A stretch of 56,494 bases of DNA, counting the filler, from Sanchytrium tribonematis (taxonomy: Eukaryota): NCBI GenBank assembly GCA_018985235.1. It is 4 parts of 4 records of this genome, joined end to end, with 100 filler letters (N's around TTAATTAATTAA, not from the genome) between each part and the next. Parts side by side here need not be neighbours in the genome. Positions count along the whole stretch, not along the records: positions 42,563 to 56,494 come from JADGIG010000178.1; 3 more parts are not named here. One strand, given 5' to 3'. Every line of letters begins with the position of its first letter. Positions within the stretch are counted from its first letter, which is position 1. The notes below the pieces were generated by a model that ran no database searches, was not told where the DNA came from, and saw only the letters and a program-made list of their open reading frames with translations. Below, piece by piece: positions 56,313 to 56,494 of this stretch. The position numbers and the translations under genes were made by a program.

Positions 56313-56494
56313 TTAGATATCCAAATCATCGAAATTGAAGTCGAAATCATCTTTTAAATCATCCTCCAATGACGTGTTTGGTTGTGCCGCTGTGTTCATC
56401 CTACTGTTTGGTGGAGTAGTTTGTGGTGATGTTTCCCCAAGTGGTATTTCCTGCACAGCAGCTTGTCCCATAGGTGATTGCATTGGTTGATTTG
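56313..56494 (-). CDS. C-terminus of an unknown protein (5' partial)
   Basis: Open frame ending EDDLKDDFDFNFDDLDI*, followed by AATAAA. Confidence 0.55.
   Translation of the reverse strand, partial: NQPMQSPMGQAAVQEIPLGETSPQTTPPNSRMNTAAQPNTSLEDDLKDDFDFNFDDLDI

Overview
AT-rich, very gene-dense eukaryotic nuclear DNA in the standard genetic code. It is made of four ~14-kb segments joined by artificial 100-nt N/TTAATTAATTAA spacers (14103-14202, 28294-28393, 42463-42562), so adjacency across spacers is not biological. Gene content (Cdc24, PacC-type zinc fingers, CBM18, myosin II, aconitase, plus WNK kinase, a Kv channel, C12orf4- and C8orf37-like proteins) points to an early-diverging, probably zoosporic fungus; a sanchytrid-like lineage is a guess. 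Main result: the apparent frameshifts in conserved host genes are repaired by ultra-short spliceosomal introns. I found 17 of them, 13 of 19 nt and 4 of 20 nt. All start GTA, end TAG/AAG, and have an invariant T at -8 and A at -6 (putative branch point fused to the 3' splice site). The same rule uncovered a PacC-like gene mostly missing from the ORF track. Other points: three tandem ~75-aa orphan paralogues with an eh1-like tail also seen in neighbouring tiny zinc-finger proteins, a decayed hAT/Harbinger/Gypsy nest (10.5-14.1 kb), divergent genes only 18-39 bp apart, and one tRNA-Gln(CTG). All family assignments come from motif recognition by eye, not from database searches.
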